Shown here: positions 19,625 through 33,358 of the stretch, one piece after another
Layout of the letters: each line of letters opens with the position of its first letter
Numbering within the stretch: position 1 is the first letter of the stretch
Source: Puniceicoccaceae bacterium
Lineage (GTDB): Bacteria; Verrucomicrobiota; Verrucomicrobiia; Opitutales; Oceanipulchritudinaceae
DNA: 64,000 nt
Direction of reading: 5' to 3'
NCBI GenBank assembly: GCA_040830765.1
Contig: JBFOMH010000002.1
Span: 32,001 to 96,000 of the forward strand
Position numbers and translations under genes: made by a program
The notes under the pieces: generated by a model
Told to the model about the DNA's origin: nothing
Databases searched by the model: none
What the model saw: the letters and a program-made list of their open reading frames with translations, nothing else

Positions 19625-20062
19625 ATGGTCAAAAGCCTGCCAGTCGAAGCCAAGGAGGCATTGGATAAAGCGTTGATAGAGCATGGTTTGCGCTCAACAA
19701 GGCAGCGCGAGCATGTATTTTCGGTACTTTTGCACAAGCGGGACCATCCGACAGCAGACGAAGTTTACGCCCGATCCCGCCGGGAAATGGACTCCATCTC
19801 TCTGGCGACCGTCTACAACTGTCTGGAAACCCTGGTTGGCTGCGGCCTGGTGCGGGCGGTGAACTACGAGCGGGAGCCGACCCGCTATTGTCCCAACCTG
19901 CATGAACACGCCCATTTCCAGGATCGCCAGACGGGCCGGGTCTATGACGTAGACCTGCCACCTGACCTGATGAAGAAGCTGCGGGCGGTCCTCCCCGACG
20001 GCTACCATGCGGAAAGCATCGAACTCTATTTTCACGGAAAGGCGGAAGCGGAGAACAGCTGA
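19625..20062 (+). CDS. Fur-family transcriptional regulator (PerR/Irr-like)
   Basis: [23 protein letters not shown] and HEHAHF motifs; no C-terminal CxxC. Confidence 0.9.
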   Translation: MVKSLPVEAKEALDKALIEHGLRSTRQREHVFSVLLHKRDHPTADEVYARSRREMDSISLATVYNCLETLVGCGLVRAVNYEREPTRYCPNLHEHAHFQDRQTGRVYDVDLPPDLMKKLRAVLPDGYHAESIELYFHGKAEAENS

Positions 20063-20101
20063 AGCCGACAATTTAAACTCAACAGCAAAGCAGAAAACAA
20101 G

Positions 20102-20866
20102 ATGAGCACACTGGAAATCAAGAACCTGAATGTCAGCATCAGCGACAACCACATCCTGAAGGATTTTTCCCTGACGGTTCCCCGCGGGGAAGTGCACGCG
20201 ATCATGGGACCGAACGGCACCGGCAAGAGCACCTTGGCCAAGGCACTGGCAGGTCATGAGGATTATGAAATCATGAGCGGTGAGGTTCTGCTCGACGGCG
20301 AAGCCATCGTCGGCATGGAACCGGACGAAATTTCCCGTGAGGGACTCTTCATGGCCTTCCAATACCCGAGCGAAATTCCCGGGGTAAGCATCGCCAACTT
20401 CATCCGGGCTGCCCTCACCGCCCGTCTCGAGGAAGGGGAAAGCTTCAAGGCCCCCGCTTTCTACAAGGAACTCTACGAAAAGATGGACCTTTTGAAGATC
20501 GACCGCTCCTTTACCAGCCGTTCGGTCAACGAGGGCTTTTCCGGTGGGGAAAAGAAGCGTTGTGAAATTCTCCAGATGGCCATGCTGCAGCCAAAGTACG
20601 CCGTCCTTGACGAGACCGACAGCGGACTCGACATCGACGCCCTGAAGATTGTTGCCGACGGGGTTAACAAGATGCGCGGTCCCGACCTCGGGGTTCTCCT
20701 CATCACCCACTACCAGCGCCTGCTGAACTACATCGTTCCGGACAAGGTGCACGTCATGTTTGATGGCCGCATCGTCCGCAGTGGCGGCCCGGAACTGGCT
20801 GAGAAGCTGGAAGCGGAAGGCTACGACTGGGTCAAGGACGAGATCGCCGCCCCGGCAGGGGCCTGA
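20102..20866 (+). CDS. sufC: Fe-S assembly ATPase SufC
   Basis: [25 protein letters not shown] and LDETDSGLD motifs. Confidence 0.97.
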   Translation: MSTLEIKNLNVSISDNHILKDFSLTVPRGEVHAIMGPNGTGKSTLAKALAGHEDYEIMSGEVLLDGEAIVGMEPDEISREGLFMAFQYPSEIPGVSIANFIRAALTARLEEGESFKAPAFYKELYEKMDLLKIDRSFTSRSVNEGFSGGEKKRCEILQMAMLQPKYAVLDETDSGLDIDALKIVADGVNKMRGPDLGVLLITHYQRLLNYIVPDKVHVMFDGRIVRSGGPELAEKLEAEGYDWVKDEIAAPAGA

Positions 20867-20890
20867 GGGCGTGAAAGTCAGGCTTGGCGG

Positions 20891-20940
20891 TTAGGATTAA
20901 GATAAAGATTAAGGCTAAGATTAAGATTTAGATTAAGATT
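20891..20940. repeat. Hexamer array, solo arm in AAGATT orientation
   Basis: TTAGGATTAAGATAAAGATTAAGGCTAAGATTAAGATTTAGATTAAGATT between sufC and sufB, ending 8 nt before the sufB ATG. Confidence 0.9.
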
Positions 20941-20948
20941 GGGAGATC

Positions 20949-22355
20949 ATGAGTACTACACCGGATATTAATATCGAAAGGGATGTCGGGAATTTCCACT
21001 ACGAGACCGAATACGAATTTGATGCGGGCATCGGCCTGACTGAGAAGACCATCGATTACATCGCCGATGTGAAGGGTGAGGACGACTGGGTGCGGGAATT
21101 CCGCAAAAAGGCGCTGAAGACCTTCCAGGACAAGCCGCTCCCGACGCACTGGGCCTCCAAGGACTTGGAGAACATCGATTACGACAAGATCCGCTACTAC
21201 CTCTCCAAAGGCCAACGCCCTTCGCGGACCTGGGACGAGGTGCCGGACGAGGTCAAGGAGACCTTTGAGCGCCTGGGCATCCCGGAAAAGGAACGGGCAT
21301 TCCTTGCCGGTGTGGAAGCGCAATTCGATTCCGAAGCCTCCTACTCCAACATGAAGGAGGAACTGGCCAAGGAAGGGGTCATCTTTGTCGGCTCGACGGA
21401 GGGTTTGAAGGAGCATCCGGAAATCTTCCGCAAGTTCTTCGGCAAGGTCATCCCCATCGGGGACAACAAGTTCAGTGCCCTCAACAGCGCAGTTTTTTCC
21501 GGCGGTTCCTTCATCTATGTCCCACCTGGGGTGAAGGTGAAGCAACCCCTGCAGGCCTATTTCCGGATCAATGCGGAGAACTTTGGTCAGTTTGAGCGGA
21601 CCCTCATCATTGCCGACGAAGGAGCCGAAGTGACCTACATGGAAGGTTGTACCGCCCCGCAGTTTGAAACCTCTACCCTCCACTCCGCCGTCGTCGAACT
21701 GGTGGCCCTTAAGGGTGCCAAGATCCAGTACATCACCGTGCAGAACTGGTCCGCCAATGTCTTCAACCTGGTCACCAAGCGTGGCATGGCCATGGACGAT
21801 GCGGAAATCAAGTGGATCGACTGTAACATCGGCAGTCGCCTGACGATGAAGTACCCGGGCGTCATCATGCGCGGTCCCGGGGCCCGCGGGGAAGTCCTCT
21901 CCATCGCCCTCGCCCACGATGGCCAGCACCAAGACACGGGGGCCAAGATGATTCACGCCGCCGACAACACGACCTCAAATATCATTTCCAAGTCCATCTC
22001 CATTGGACACGGCCGCTCCACCTACCGTGGCGTAGTGAGTATTCCGCGACAATTGAAGGGCTGCAAGAATAACACCGAGTGTGACGCCCTCCTCATCAAC
22101 ACCAACTCGCGGACCGACACCTACCCGGCCATTACGGTCCGGGGCAACCAAAGCACGGTCCAGCACGAGGCCAGCGTCTCCAAGGTCAGCGCGGAGCAGA
22201 TTTTCTACATGATGCAACGCGGTCTGCCGGAAGACGAGGCCATGAGCCTTGCCGTCAACGGCTTTGTCAACGACCTCATCCGGGAATTCCCCATGGAATA
22301 CTCGGTGGAGTTGAAGCGCCTCATCGACCTGGAGATGGAAGGCTCCGTGGGCTGA
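20949..22355 (+). CDS. sufB: Fe-S assembly protein SufB
   Basis: [21 protein letters not shown] and FPMEYSVE...EGSVG motifs. Confidence 0.97.
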   Translation: MSTTPDINIERDVGNFHYETEYEFDAGIGLTEKTIDYIADVKGEDDWVREFRKKALKTFQDKPLPTHWASKDLENIDYDKIRYYLSKGQRPSRTWDEVPDEVKETFERLGIPEKERAFLAGVEAQFDSEASYSNMKEELAKEGVIFVGSTEGLKEHPEIFRKFFGKVIPIGDNKFSALNSAVFSGGSFIYVPPGVKVKQPLQAYFRINAENFGQFERTLIIADEGAEVTYMEGCTAPQFETSTLHSAVVELVALKGAKIQYITVQNWSANVFNLVTKRGMAMDDAEIKWIDCNIGSRLTMKYPGVIMRGPGARGEVLSIALAHDGQHQDTGAKMIHAADNTTSNIISKSISIGHGRSTYRGVVSIPRQLKGCKNNTECDALLINTNSRTDTYPAITVRGNQSTVQHEASVSKVSAEQIFYMMQRGLPEDEAMSLAVNGFVNDLIREFPMEYSVELKRLIDLEMEGSVG

Positions 22356-22408
22356 CGGCAACCCTCAGCTGCCAATACATCGTGGAAAACAAACCGAAAA
22401 AAGAAGAC

Positions 22409-23737
22409 ATGTCTGAGACACTCGAAATACCGACCCTTTCCCTTGGAGACCCCCAGACCTTCACCCGGCACCAGGAGCTGACCAGCCTCGGCGTGGACTG
22501 GTTTGCGGAGCAACAGGCCGACGCCTGGAAGCGTTATCAGGAGCTTCCCCTCCCCGTCCGGACCGATGAAAAGTGGCGCTTTGCCAACTTGCAGCGCTTG
22601 AAGGAACTGGATCAGTACCAGCCTGCCGCCATCGGGGACGCGGATACCGCCATTATCGCTGAGCAATCCCACCGCCTCGAAAACGTGGCTGGTCGGATTA
22701 TCCTTGCGGATGACACCCTGGCCGCACCCATCGAGCTGGCAGAAGGACTAGCCGAGAAAGGGATTATCTTCACCACCCTGCCGGACGCCATCGTCAAGCA
22801 CTCGGACCTGGTCAAGGAGTACTTCATGCAGCAGACGCCCGAACTGGGCTCGGAAAAGCTGGAAGCCCTGCATGTCGCCCTTCTGCGTAATGGCGTTTTC
22901 CTCTACATCCCGGACAACGTGGAAGTCGAGGACCCGTTCGTGGTCTACAATTGGGCCGTGGCCGACAAGGGCGCCCTCTTCCCCCACACGCTCTTTGTTG
23001 CAGGCAATCACTCCAAGGCGAGCCTGATTGAGTTTCAGGAAGGAACGGGTAAGGATACCTCCCACCTTGTTGTGGCCAATGCCCACCTGTTTGCCGGCAA
23101 CGGGTCGAAACCCAACCACACCATTGTCCAGAACTGGAACCTGAATACCCTCAGCTTCCAGCTCAATACCAACAACGCCCAAAGTGACACGGTCTCCAAG
23201 AGCACACTCATCAATGTTGGTTCGGTACAGGCCCGCCAGGAAGTGCATGGGAAGATTTTCGGCAGCGGTAGTAATGTGGAAATGTACGCCCTTAATGTTC
23301 CGACCGGCGCCCAGGAATTTGACCAGCGCACCCTGCAGACGCACATTGCGCCGCACAGCCGCAGTGACCTCCTTTTCAAGAATGCCCTTGTGGACAAGTC
23401 CCGGACCATCTTTTCCGGACTGATCATCGTCGAGGACGATGCCCAGCAGACCGATGCCTACCAGACCAACAACAACCTCATGTTGAGCGAGGAGTGCGAG
23501 GCCAATTCCCTCCCGGGTCTGGAAATCAAGGCCAACGACGTCAAGTGTTCGCACGGGGCCACCACCGGACGCATCGTCGATTCGGAACTGTTCTATTTCC
23601 TTGCCCGGGGCATCCCCCGCAAGAAGGCCCAGGAACTGATGGTCTTCGGCTATTTCGAGGAAATTGTCGGTAAGCTGGAGAACAGCGAGCTGGCCGGCTA
23701 CGTGCGCGAACTGGTGCAGCACAAGTTTACCGACTAA
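22409..23737 (+). CDS. sufD: Fe-S assembly protein SufD
   Basis: EKWRF, PGLEIKANDVKCSHGAT and FYFLARGI motifs. Confidence 0.94.
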   Translation: MSETLEIPTLSLGDPQTFTRHQELTSLGVDWFAEQQADAWKRYQELPLPVRTDEKWRFANLQRLKELDQYQPAAIGDADTAIIAEQSHRLENVAGRIILADDTLAAPIELAEGLAEKGIIFTTLPDAIVKHSDLVKEYFMQQTPELGSEKLEALHVALLRNGVFLYIPDNVEVEDPFVVYNWAVADKGALFPHTLFVAGNHSKASLIEFQEGTGKDTSHLVVANAHLFAGNGSKPNHTIVQNWNLNTLSFQLNTNNAQSDTVSKSTLINVGSVQARQEVHGKIFGSGSNVEMYALNVPTGAQEFDQRTLQTHIAPHSRSDLLFKNALVDKSRTIFSGLIIVEDDAQQTDAYQTNNNLMLSEECEANSLPGLEIKANDVKCSHGATTGRIVDSELFYFLARGIPRKKAQELMVFGYFEEIVGKLENSELAGYVRELVQHKFTD

Positions 23738-23764
23738 AAACCCCCCATTACCAACAGCTCTAAA

Positions 23765-24313
23765 ATGGACTCAGAACGCACAGTCAGTCGTGACATTACC
23801 GCTACAATTGTCCCTTATGGGGACGCGGTGACCATTCCCGCAGGGACGCGGGTCAGCATCACCCATCGCCTCGGTGGTAACTTTACCGTCACTTGGGAAG
23901 GCGGCATGGCACAGATCAACGGCAGCCAAGCCGATGCCATCGGCGAGGAAATTCCAACCGTGGAAACGGAAGCCGGGGCCGAGGCCCACGCCGGCCCGCC
24001 CAGCGAAGACAAGGTCTGGGCAGCCCTGAAGAAGGTTTATGATCCGGAAATCCCGGTCAACATTGTCGACCTTGGACTGATCTACAGCATGGAGGTCATC
24101 CAGGAGCCCGACTCCGGCGACTACCACGTCAAGGTGGACATGACCCTGACCGCTCCAGGCTGTGGCATGGGGCCGGTCATTGCCCAGGACGCGAAGTACA
24201 AGGTGGAGCAGGTGGCAGGCGTTACCCAGGCCCATGTCGACATTGTCTGGGATCCGCCGTGGCATCAGGACATGATCTCCGAAGAGGGGAAAATGGAACT
24301 GGGTCTCCTCTAA
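23765..24313 (+). CDS. sufT: Fe-S assembly protein SufT (DUF59)
   Basis: DPEIPVNIVDLGL, MTLTAPGCGMG and WDPPW motifs. Confidence 0.92.
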   Translation: MDSERTVSRDITATIVPYGDAVTIPAGTRVSITHRLGGNFTVTWEGGMAQINGSQADAIGEEIPTVETEAGAEAHAGPPSEDKVWAALKKVYDPEIPVNIVDLGLIYSMEVIQEPDSGDYHVKVDMTLTAPGCGMGPVIAQDAKYKVEQVAGVTQAHVDIVWDPPWHQDMISEEGKMELGLL

Positions 24314-24315
24314 CT

Positions 24316-24404
24316 ATCTTAATCTTAGCCTTAATCTTAATCTTAGCCTTAGCCTTAGCCTTTCGCGACGAGATTAAGATTAAGATTAAGGCTAAGATTA
24401 AGAT
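24316..24404. repeat. Inverted hexamer-arm pair (empty element)
   Basis: 24316-24345 is the exact reverse complement of 24375-24404 (30 bp). Confidence 0.92.
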
Positions 24405-24407
24405 TAT

Positions 24408-24446
24408 AAAAAAAAGGCCCTTCTGCCTTGGTAGGACAGAAGGACC
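24408..24446 (-). terminator. Intrinsic terminator of ppdK
   Basis: Minus strand reads GGTCCTTCTGTCCTACCAAGGCAGAAGGGCC followed by T8. Confidence 0.8.
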
Positions 24447-24482
24447 CTGAAAGTTGCGGGAAAAGAATTTCCGCTACTCGCC

Positions 24483-27245
<2,763 letters not shown>

Positions 27246-27356
27246 GCTTGATACTTGATTCGAGTTGTATAGTGATGATGACCACAGAGGGTCAGCGGTA
27301 AGAAAAACTGGCGAAATTAGACCGAATGCCCTCTGTGTCAATGAGTAACGTCCCCA

Positions 27357-28193
27357 ATGTCCAACGACCCATCCAGTGAACAGCCCGAATACGACCTGCC
27401 CACGGTCGATTCCATTGATGACCTGCCCGAACCAGAGGAAGAAGCAGGCCAGATGAGCTTTCTTGATCACCTTGAGGAACTGCGCTGGACGCTCTTCAAG
27501 AGCTTCATTTCCTTCGGGCTGGCCTGTATCCTCATCGGGGTCTTCATTGCCCAGTTTTCGGACATCCTTCGCTGGCCCTTTGATTTTGCCGTCAGTGGAC
27601 GGGAAATCGAGATGTCAGGCCTCATCAATACCTCCATCCTGGGGGTCTTCTCGGTCATCTTTTATCTCCTCCTTGGCGGCGGGCTGGCCCTGTCGCTTCC
27701 CTTCATCCTATATTTCGTGGGCAGTTTTGTCGCTCCCGGGCTTAATGAGCGGGAACTCCGGTTGCTCCGGCCTGCCTGTACGGCGGCCTTCGTCCTCTTT
27801 CTCGCGGGTGCCGCCTTCAGTTTCTTCGTCCTCGTCCCGGCGGCCATGCGGGCTTCCATCATCTTCAACGAGATGCTCGGATTTGCCCCACTGTGGACGG
27901 CTTCCAGTTACTACGGCCTGCTCACCTGGATGGTCCTGGGGGTCGGGATTGCCTTCCAGTTTCCCCTCGTGCTGCTGATCCTGGTCTACCTGGAGATCAT
28001 CAGCCGTGCCCAGCTGGTCGGCTTCCGCCGCTACTCCATCGTCATCTTCCTCTGCATCGGGGCACTCGTCACCCCGACAACGGACCCGGTGACCTTCATC
28101 CTTCTCGCCTTCCCGATGTCGCTCCTCTACGAGCTGGCTATCTTCGGGGCCAAGCGGATCGAGGGAAGAATCCGGCAAGAGGAGGAGGACTGA
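27357..28193 (+). CDS. tatC: Twin-arginine translocase subunit TatC
   Basis: [28 protein letters not shown] and LYE motifs. Confidence 0.95.
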   Translation: MSNDPSSEQPEYDLPTVDSIDDLPEPEEEAGQMSFLDHLEELRWTLFKSFISFGLACILIGVFIAQFSDILRWPFDFAVSGREIEMSGLINTSILGVFSVIFYLLLGGGLALSLPFILYFVGSFVAPGLNERELRLLRPACTAAFVLFLAGAAFSFFVLVPAAMRASIIFNEMLGFAPLWTASSYYGLLTWMVLGVGIAFQFPLVLLILVYLEIISRAQLVGFRRYSIVIFLCIGALVTPTTDPVTFILLAFPMSLLYELAIFGAKRIEGRIRQEEED

Positions 28194-28195
28194 AT

Positions 28196-28229
28196 AAAAA
28201 AGCGGCGCCATCCCGAAGGATGACGCCGC
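28196..28229 (-). terminator. Intrinsic terminator
   Basis: Minus strand GCGGCGTCATCC-TTCG-GGATGGCGCCGC followed by T6. Confidence 0.8.
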
Positions 28230-28252
28230 AAAAGGGTGCAAAATCCCTTGTG

Positions 28253-28414
28253 CTACTTTTTGGTCACGACAATCAAGGCGTGGATGATCGCCGGCAACCA
28301 GAGGAGGAAGCAAAGCACAATGTTGATGATCAACGACTTGTTAGCCCCGTCCTTGAGGTAGACTGCCAGCGGCGGCAAGATAATCGCGAGAATAATAAGC
28401 AGTACTGGATTCAT
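28253..28414 (-). CDS. YqaE/Pmp3-family small membrane protein (53 aa, absent from the ORF track)
   Basis: Hand translation MNPVLLIILAIILPPLAVYLKDGANKSLIINIVLCFLLWLPAIIHALIVVTKK, with the LPPLAV and P.IIHA signature. Confidence 0.9.
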   Translation of the reverse strand: MNPVLLIILAIILPPLAVYLKDGANKSLIINIVLCFLLWLPAIIHALIVVTKK

Positions 28415-28443
28415 TATGGTTCCCTTGGTTGAGGTTAGTTCAT

Positions 28444-28803
28444 TTAGTCCGTAATGGACGCGCCCTGTTCCTTCAGGGCATCGAGATAAACAGCCAGTCG
28501 CTCCTTGAGGGCATTCATGTCCTCGGTCAGGGCGGCAATGTCCGCCTTGAGGGCAGTGGCTTCGTCGCCCATCTGTTCCATGAGCGGAATTTCCTTCAAT
28601 TGAGCCGTGATGGGCTCGATTTCCGCCATCTTGGCCTCAATGGCTTTTTGGTACTCAGCCGCCTTGGCTTTCAGGTCATCGACGGAGAGGGTACTGGCTT
28701 CCTGCTCGAGGTCCGCCACCGGTGTCTCGGTGTCGACGCCCTTGCTGCAGCCGGCCAAAATAACCATTCCGGCCAGTAGAATGATAGAGAATAATTTCAT
28801 CAC
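28444..28803 (-). CDS. Hypothetical coiled-coil lipoprotein
   Basis: Lipobox LAGC followed by a heptad-rich helical body. Confidence 0.75.
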   Translation of the reverse strand: MMKLFSIILLAGMVILAGCSKGVDTETPVADLEQEASTLSVDDLKAKAAEYQKAIEAKMAEIEPITAQLKEIPLMEQMGDEATALKADIAALTEDMNALKERLAVYLDALKEQGASITD

Positions 28804-28913
28804 TTTCCTTGGTTAAGGTATTATATAGGGGAAAATACCTAAGGAATAATCCAAAGGAAAGCAACTGATTTCGGACTTGGGCCGGGTACGGGCCTTTGCA
28901 GGTATCTGGGGGC

Positions 28914-30473
28914 TCAGGAGGGATTGCCGGACTCCCCGGCATCAGTCACCTGCGGCCGCGGGAAGAGAATGGTCTTGCCGCCGAGCACCTGTCCGTCAAG
29001 GCGGCTGGACCAGTCCAGTTGGCCCTCCCAGCGCTCAACCGGTTCCTGCCCGAGAAGTCCGCTGATCTTGTCCGAGATATCCGGCATGACCGGCTGGAGG
29101 AAGGCGTTGGCGAGCCGAAGTCCCTCGGCGAGGTTGGCCAAAGTAGTGGCCAGCAATGCCTGGTCGGCGGCCTCTTCCGACTTGGCCAGCTTCCACGGGG
29201 CACGGATTTCGGCATAGCGGTTAAGGCTGGTGACGAAGGCAAAGGTCTTCTCCAGGGCGAGATGAAACTGGAACTGGTCGAAGGCCTGCAGGACCTCCTC
29301 GCGGGTCTTGTCCCAACCGGCCTTCAGTTCCTTCTCCGGGTCCTCCTCGACGGTTGCTGGCTGCAGCCCTTCCGGGAAATTGCGTCCGGCCATGTTGAGG
29401 AGGCGGCTGACGAGGTTGCCAAGGTTGTTGGCAAGGTCGGCATTGTAGCGGCCGAGGAACAATTCCAGCGTGAAATCGCTATCCTGCCCGACGCTCATTT
29501 CGCGGGTCAGGAAGTAGCGCAAAGCATCGGCGCCATAGGTCTCGGCAAACTCCACCGGATCGATCTTGAGCCCGGTGCTCTTGGACATCTTGGCCCCGCC
29601 GATGTGCCACCAGCCGTGGACCAGCAGCGCCTTCGGGGGCTCCACCCCGATGGCCTTGAGCATGGCCGGCCAGTAGACAGAGTGCGGCGGCACAAGGATA
29701 TCCTTGCCAATGACATGGTAGTCGACCGGCCAGTACTTGTTGAAGTCGTCCGTCCCGTAGCCAATGGCGGAGATGTAGTTGATGAGGGCGTCGAACCAAA
29801 CGTAGGTGACGTAGTCGGTATCGAAGGGCAGCTCGATGCCCCAGGAAAGCCGCGTCTTGGGCCGGGAAATGCAGAGATCATTGACGGGTTCCTTGAGGAA
29901 CTCCAGCACCTGCTTCTGGCGGAAGGCCGGCACGACAAAGGCATTCTCCTTGAGGAAGCTGATGAGCCAGTCCTGGTAAGCGCTCAGCTTGAAGAAGTAG
30001 TTCTCCTCCTGAATCTGAACCACCTCGCCGTAGATTTCCGGCCAGCTGCCATCCGCCTCCCGCTCCTTCTCAAGGACAAACTGCTCCTGGCGGACAGAGT
30101 AGAATCCCTCGTAGCTGCCCTTGTAGATTTCCCCGCGATCATGGAGGTCCTGGAGGATTGTCTGGACGACGTCCTTATGCCGCTGCTCGGAAGTGCGGAT
30201 GAAGTCGTTGTTGGAAATATTCAGATGCTGGCAGAGCTCGACAAAAAGCGGGCCGACCTCGCTGGTCAGCTCGAGGGGAGTCCTTCCCTGGGCCTCGGCG
30301 GTCTGGGTCACTTTCTGGCCATGCTCGTCAATCCCGGTCAGGAAATGGACTTCCTCGCCAGTGAGGCGCTTGTAGCGGGCGACAACATCGGTCAAAACCT
30401 TCTCGTAGGCATGCCCGAGGTGAGGCGGACCGTTGGCATAGTCAATGGCAGTGGTGATGTAGAACGTCTTCAT
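28914..30473 (-). CDS. metG: Methionine--tRNA ligase (short form)
   Basis: FYITTAIDYANGPPHLGH, YVWFDALINY, GKDI and KMSKS motifs. Confidence 0.96.
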   Translation of the reverse strand: MKTFYITTAIDYANGPPHLGHAYEKVLTDVVARYKRLTGEEVHFLTGIDEHGQKVTQTAEAQGRTPLELTSEVGPLFVELCQHLNISNNDFIRTSEQRHKDVVQTILQDLHDRGEIYKGSYEGFYSVRQEQFVLEKEREADGSWPEIYGEVVQIQEENYFFKLSAYQDWLISFLKENAFVVPAFRQKQVLEFLKEPVNDLCISRPKTRLSWGIELPFDTDYVTYVWFDALINYISAIGYGTDDFNKYWPVDYHVIGKDILVPPHSVYWPAMLKAIGVEPPKALLVHGWWHIGGAKMSKSTGLKIDPVEFAETYGADALRYFLTREMSVGQDSDFTLELFLGRYNADLANNLGNLVSRLLNMAGRNFPEGLQPATVEEDPEKELKAGWDKTREEVLQAFDQFQFHLALEKTFAFVTSLNRYAEIRAPWKLAKSEEAADQALLATTLANLAEGLRLANAFLQPVMPDISDKISGLLGQEPVERWEGQLDWSSRLDGQVLGGKTILFPRPQVTDAGESGNPS

Positions 30474-30567
30474 GATCTCCTTTGCGGAAAAAGCAGTCAG
30501 ATTTGCCCGCGACTCCGGTGGCGTCAATTTAATTGCCTGATTTAGGAAGATGGCAATGCTGTCGGTC

Positions 30568-31971
30568 ATGTCGGAAAAGAAACAGGCTACATGGGGTGGA
30601 CGGTTCTCGGAGGGACCCGCCGACCGGATGATCCGGTTCAGCGAATCGGTATCCTTCGACCAGCGGCTGGCACCTTACGACATCATGGGCAGCCAGGCAC
30701 ACGCCCGCATGCTGGCCCATGTCGGGTTGTTGGAGGAAGCGGAATGTTCCGCCATCTGCGAGGGACTGGATGCGATTGGTGAAAAAATCGCCGCCGGGGA
30801 ATTTACCTGGGACCCGCGCCTCGAGGATGTCCACATGAACATCGAACAGGCCCTGACCCAGGCGGTCCCGGCAGCAGCCAAGCTCCATACCGCCCGCAGC
30901 CGCAATGATCAGGTAGCCACCGACATGCGACTCTTTTTCCTCGATGCCGCCTGCCAGCTGGACGGTGCCCTGGTGACACTGTTGAAGGCCCTCCTTTCCC
31001 AGGCTGCCGCCACACAGGAAGTGGCCATTCCAGGCTATACCCACCTGCAGCGGGCCCAGCCGGTCTCCATGGCGCATCACTTACTGGCCTACATGGAGAT
31101 GCTCGGCCGCGACCGGGATCGCATTGCCGACTTCTGCCGGCGGGCCCGGGTCTGCCCGCTGGGGGCGGGGGCCATCGCCGGGACAACGCTCCCCATTGAC
31201 CGTGAATTTGTCGCCCGCGAACTGGGATTTGTCGACGAAGCGGGCAATCCGCAAGTGACCCGCAACTCCATGGATGCAGTCGCCGACCGCGACCTCTTCA
31301 TCGAATTCGCCAACTGCTGTGCCCTCGTCGCAACCCACCTCTCCCGGATGGCGGAGGACGTCATCCTCTGGAGCAGCAACGAGTTTGGCTTTGTCCGGCT
31401 GCCGGACGCCTACACCACCGGCTCCAGCCTCATGCCGCAGAAAAAGAACCCGGACTCCCTGGAACTGATCCGGGGCAAGGCAGCCCGCATCATGGGACAG
31501 TCCCATACCCTGCTCACTTTGGTCAAGGGACTGCCCTTGACCTACAACCGCGATCTTCAGGAAGACAAGCCACCGGTTTTCGAGACCCTCGACATGACAC
31601 TTGACTGCCTTCTGGTCATGGAAGGCACTCTCGCCGGAATGACGGTCAACAAGGAGACCTGCGAGGACGCCGTTGCGGATCCCCTGCTGCTGGCCACCGA
31701 CCTTGTCGATTATCTTGTCCTCAAGGGGGTTCCGTTCCGGGATGCCCACCATGTCGTTGGTGAGTTGGTGGCCCTCTCCGAGAAAAGCGTCTGCCCGCTG
31801 AATGCCATTCCCCTCGACGAGGCCCAGAAGATTTGCGACAAGATTGAGCCCGACTGGACCGATTGTTTTTCCGTCGAGAAGGCCCTTGCCGGGCGTGAAC
31901 GGCCGGGCATGCCCGGACCCAAACAGATTGAAATGGAACTCGACCGCTGGAAGGGAACCCTTCCGGAATAA
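30568..31971 (+). CDS. argH: Argininosuccinate lyase
   Basis: [25 protein letters not shown] and [12 protein letters not shown] motifs. Confidence 0.97.
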   Translation: MSEKKQATWGGRFSEGPADRMIRFSESVSFDQRLAPYDIMGSQAHARMLAHVGLLEEAECSAICEGLDAIGEKIAAGEFTWDPRLEDVHMNIEQALTQAVPAAAKLHTARSRNDQVATDMRLFFLDAACQLDGALVTLLKALLSQAAATQEVAIPGYTHLQRAQPVSMAHHLLAYMEMLGRDRDRIADFCRRARVCPLGAGAIAGTTLPIDREFVARELGFVDEAGNPQVTRNSMDAVADRDLFIEFANCCALVATHLSRMAEDVILWSSNEFGFVRLPDAYTTGSSLMPQKKNPDSLELIRGKAARIMGQSHTLLTLVKGLPLTYNRDLQEDKPPVFETLDMTLDCLLVMEGTLAGMTVNKETCEDAVADPLLLATDLVDYLVLKGVPFRDAHHVVGELVALSEKSVCPLNAIPLDEAQKICDKIEPDWTDCFSVEKALAGRERPGMPGPKQIEMELDRWKGTLPE

Positions 31972-31976
31972 GGCTG

Positions 31977-33353
31977 GTGCAGCAAGCGGCCTCAGCGGGA
32001 ACGGACAAGGAGGGAAGTGCCAGTCCCTCGCTGGCACCCTACACCAACCTCCTCAAGTTCAGCTTTTTCAACGCCACCACCTGGATGATCGCCATGGGGA
32101 CCCCGCTGGTCCTGCTGGCCAGTGAACTGGGGGCCAACTCCTTTGAGGTCGGGTTGATCTATTCCTTTGTCTTCCTCCTCCTCCCGGTCCAGATAATCGC
32201 CACCTCGACCCTCCCGAAACTGGGCTACAAGAAGCAAATCATGCTGGCCTGGATCGCCCGCGGGGCCTCCCTTGTCATTCCCTTTCTCCTTGCCCTGCAG
32301 GCTCCGGATCCGGCTCCGCGCTGGATGGTCCATGCCCTCATTCTCTCGGCCTTTCTCTTTGCCTTCTTCCGTACCTTCGGCAGTTGTGCCCTGCCTCCCC
32401 TGCTCTACGCCACGGTCAAGGACTCGGTCCGCGGACGTTATTTCAGTACCGACCAGGCCATTGCCGCCATGGCCGGCATTCTGACCCTGCTCCTGCTGGC
32501 GGTGCTCTTTCGAATGGTCTCCGCATTTACAGCCTTCGCCTGGCAGTACACCTATGCCCTGTTCGCGGTTGTCATGACAATCTACTACATGGCCAAGGTG
32601 AAAGACCCACCGAAGCCGGCGCAAGCCAGCCTCAAGGAAATCGCCCTCGAGACCCCGAAGATTTCCCTTCAACGCTCCCCCTTCCGGCAATACCTGATTT
32701 TCATGATCAGCTCAGCCCTCATGGGGACCGCCTTTGTGCCCTTGAAGGCCTACTACCTCCGGGTGGAAGCGGGGATTGGCACGGACCAGATTCTTGTCTT
32801 CACGGCCATCCAGTATTGCGGGGCGATCCTTGGGACCATCCTTCTCCGGAAGCATATTGATGGGCTGGGAGTAAAGCCGGTATTCCGCATCTCCCTGTTT
32901 CTTGGGGCGGTGGTCAGCATCTACTGGTTCCTGCTTGTCAGTGGTCTTGTCCCGGGCATCGAGAACCTCCTCATGGTGGCCTATTTTCTCTTCGGCATAT
33001 CAGCCAGCCAGTGGCTGACCGCACACCTGAAGTACATGCCGCGCGTCTGCAGCGAAAAGCGGCAGGCCCTGCATGTCTCCGTCCATGCGGCGATTGTCGG
33101 CATCGTTGGGGGAATCGCCCCCATTGTCTGGGGTTACCTGGTCAAGACACCGGGCACCCCGGGGGTCGATGCGGAAGTTTTTGCCATCTTCTTTGTCGCC
33201 ATGCTGCTGGTGCAGGTCATGCTTTTCCTCTACATCCCGCGCCTGACCTCGCAACACCGGGAAAGGCCACCACTGCAGACGGGTTCCGGTCTTCTCCGGC
33301 CCTTCCGTTACCTTGGTGGGCTGATCAACATTATTCCGGAGAAACGGCGGTAG
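31977..33353 (+). CDS. MFS-like transporter
   Basis: About 12 hydrophobic helices and an RGRYF loop; start uncertain. Confidence 0.75.
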   Translation: MQQAASAGTDKEGSASPSLAPYTNLLKFSFFNATTWMIAMGTPLVLLASELGANSFEVGLIYSFVFLLLPVQIIATSTLPKLGYKKQIMLAWIARGASLVIPFLLALQAPDPAPRWMVHALILSAFLFAFFRTFGSCALPPLLYATVKDSVRGRYFSTDQAIAAMAGILTLLLLAVLFRMVSAFTAFAWQYTYALFAVVMTIYYMAKVKDPPKPAQASLKEIALETPKISLQRSPFRQYLIFMISSALMGTAFVPLKAYYLRVEAGIGTDQILVFTAIQYCGAILGTILLRKHIDGLGVKPVFRISLFLGAVVSIYWFLLVSGLVPGIENLLMVAYFLFGISASQWLTAHLKYMPRVCSEKRQALHVSVHAAIVGIVGGIAPIVWGYLVKTPGTPGVDAEVFAIFFVAMLLVQVMLFLYIPRLTSQHRERPPLQTGSGLLRPFRYLGGLINIIPEKRR

Positions 33354-33358
33354 CCTCC

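Noticed and set aside
28429..28779. Plus-strand 116-aa ORF
   Set aside because: Antisense to the lipobox-bearing lipoprotein gene.
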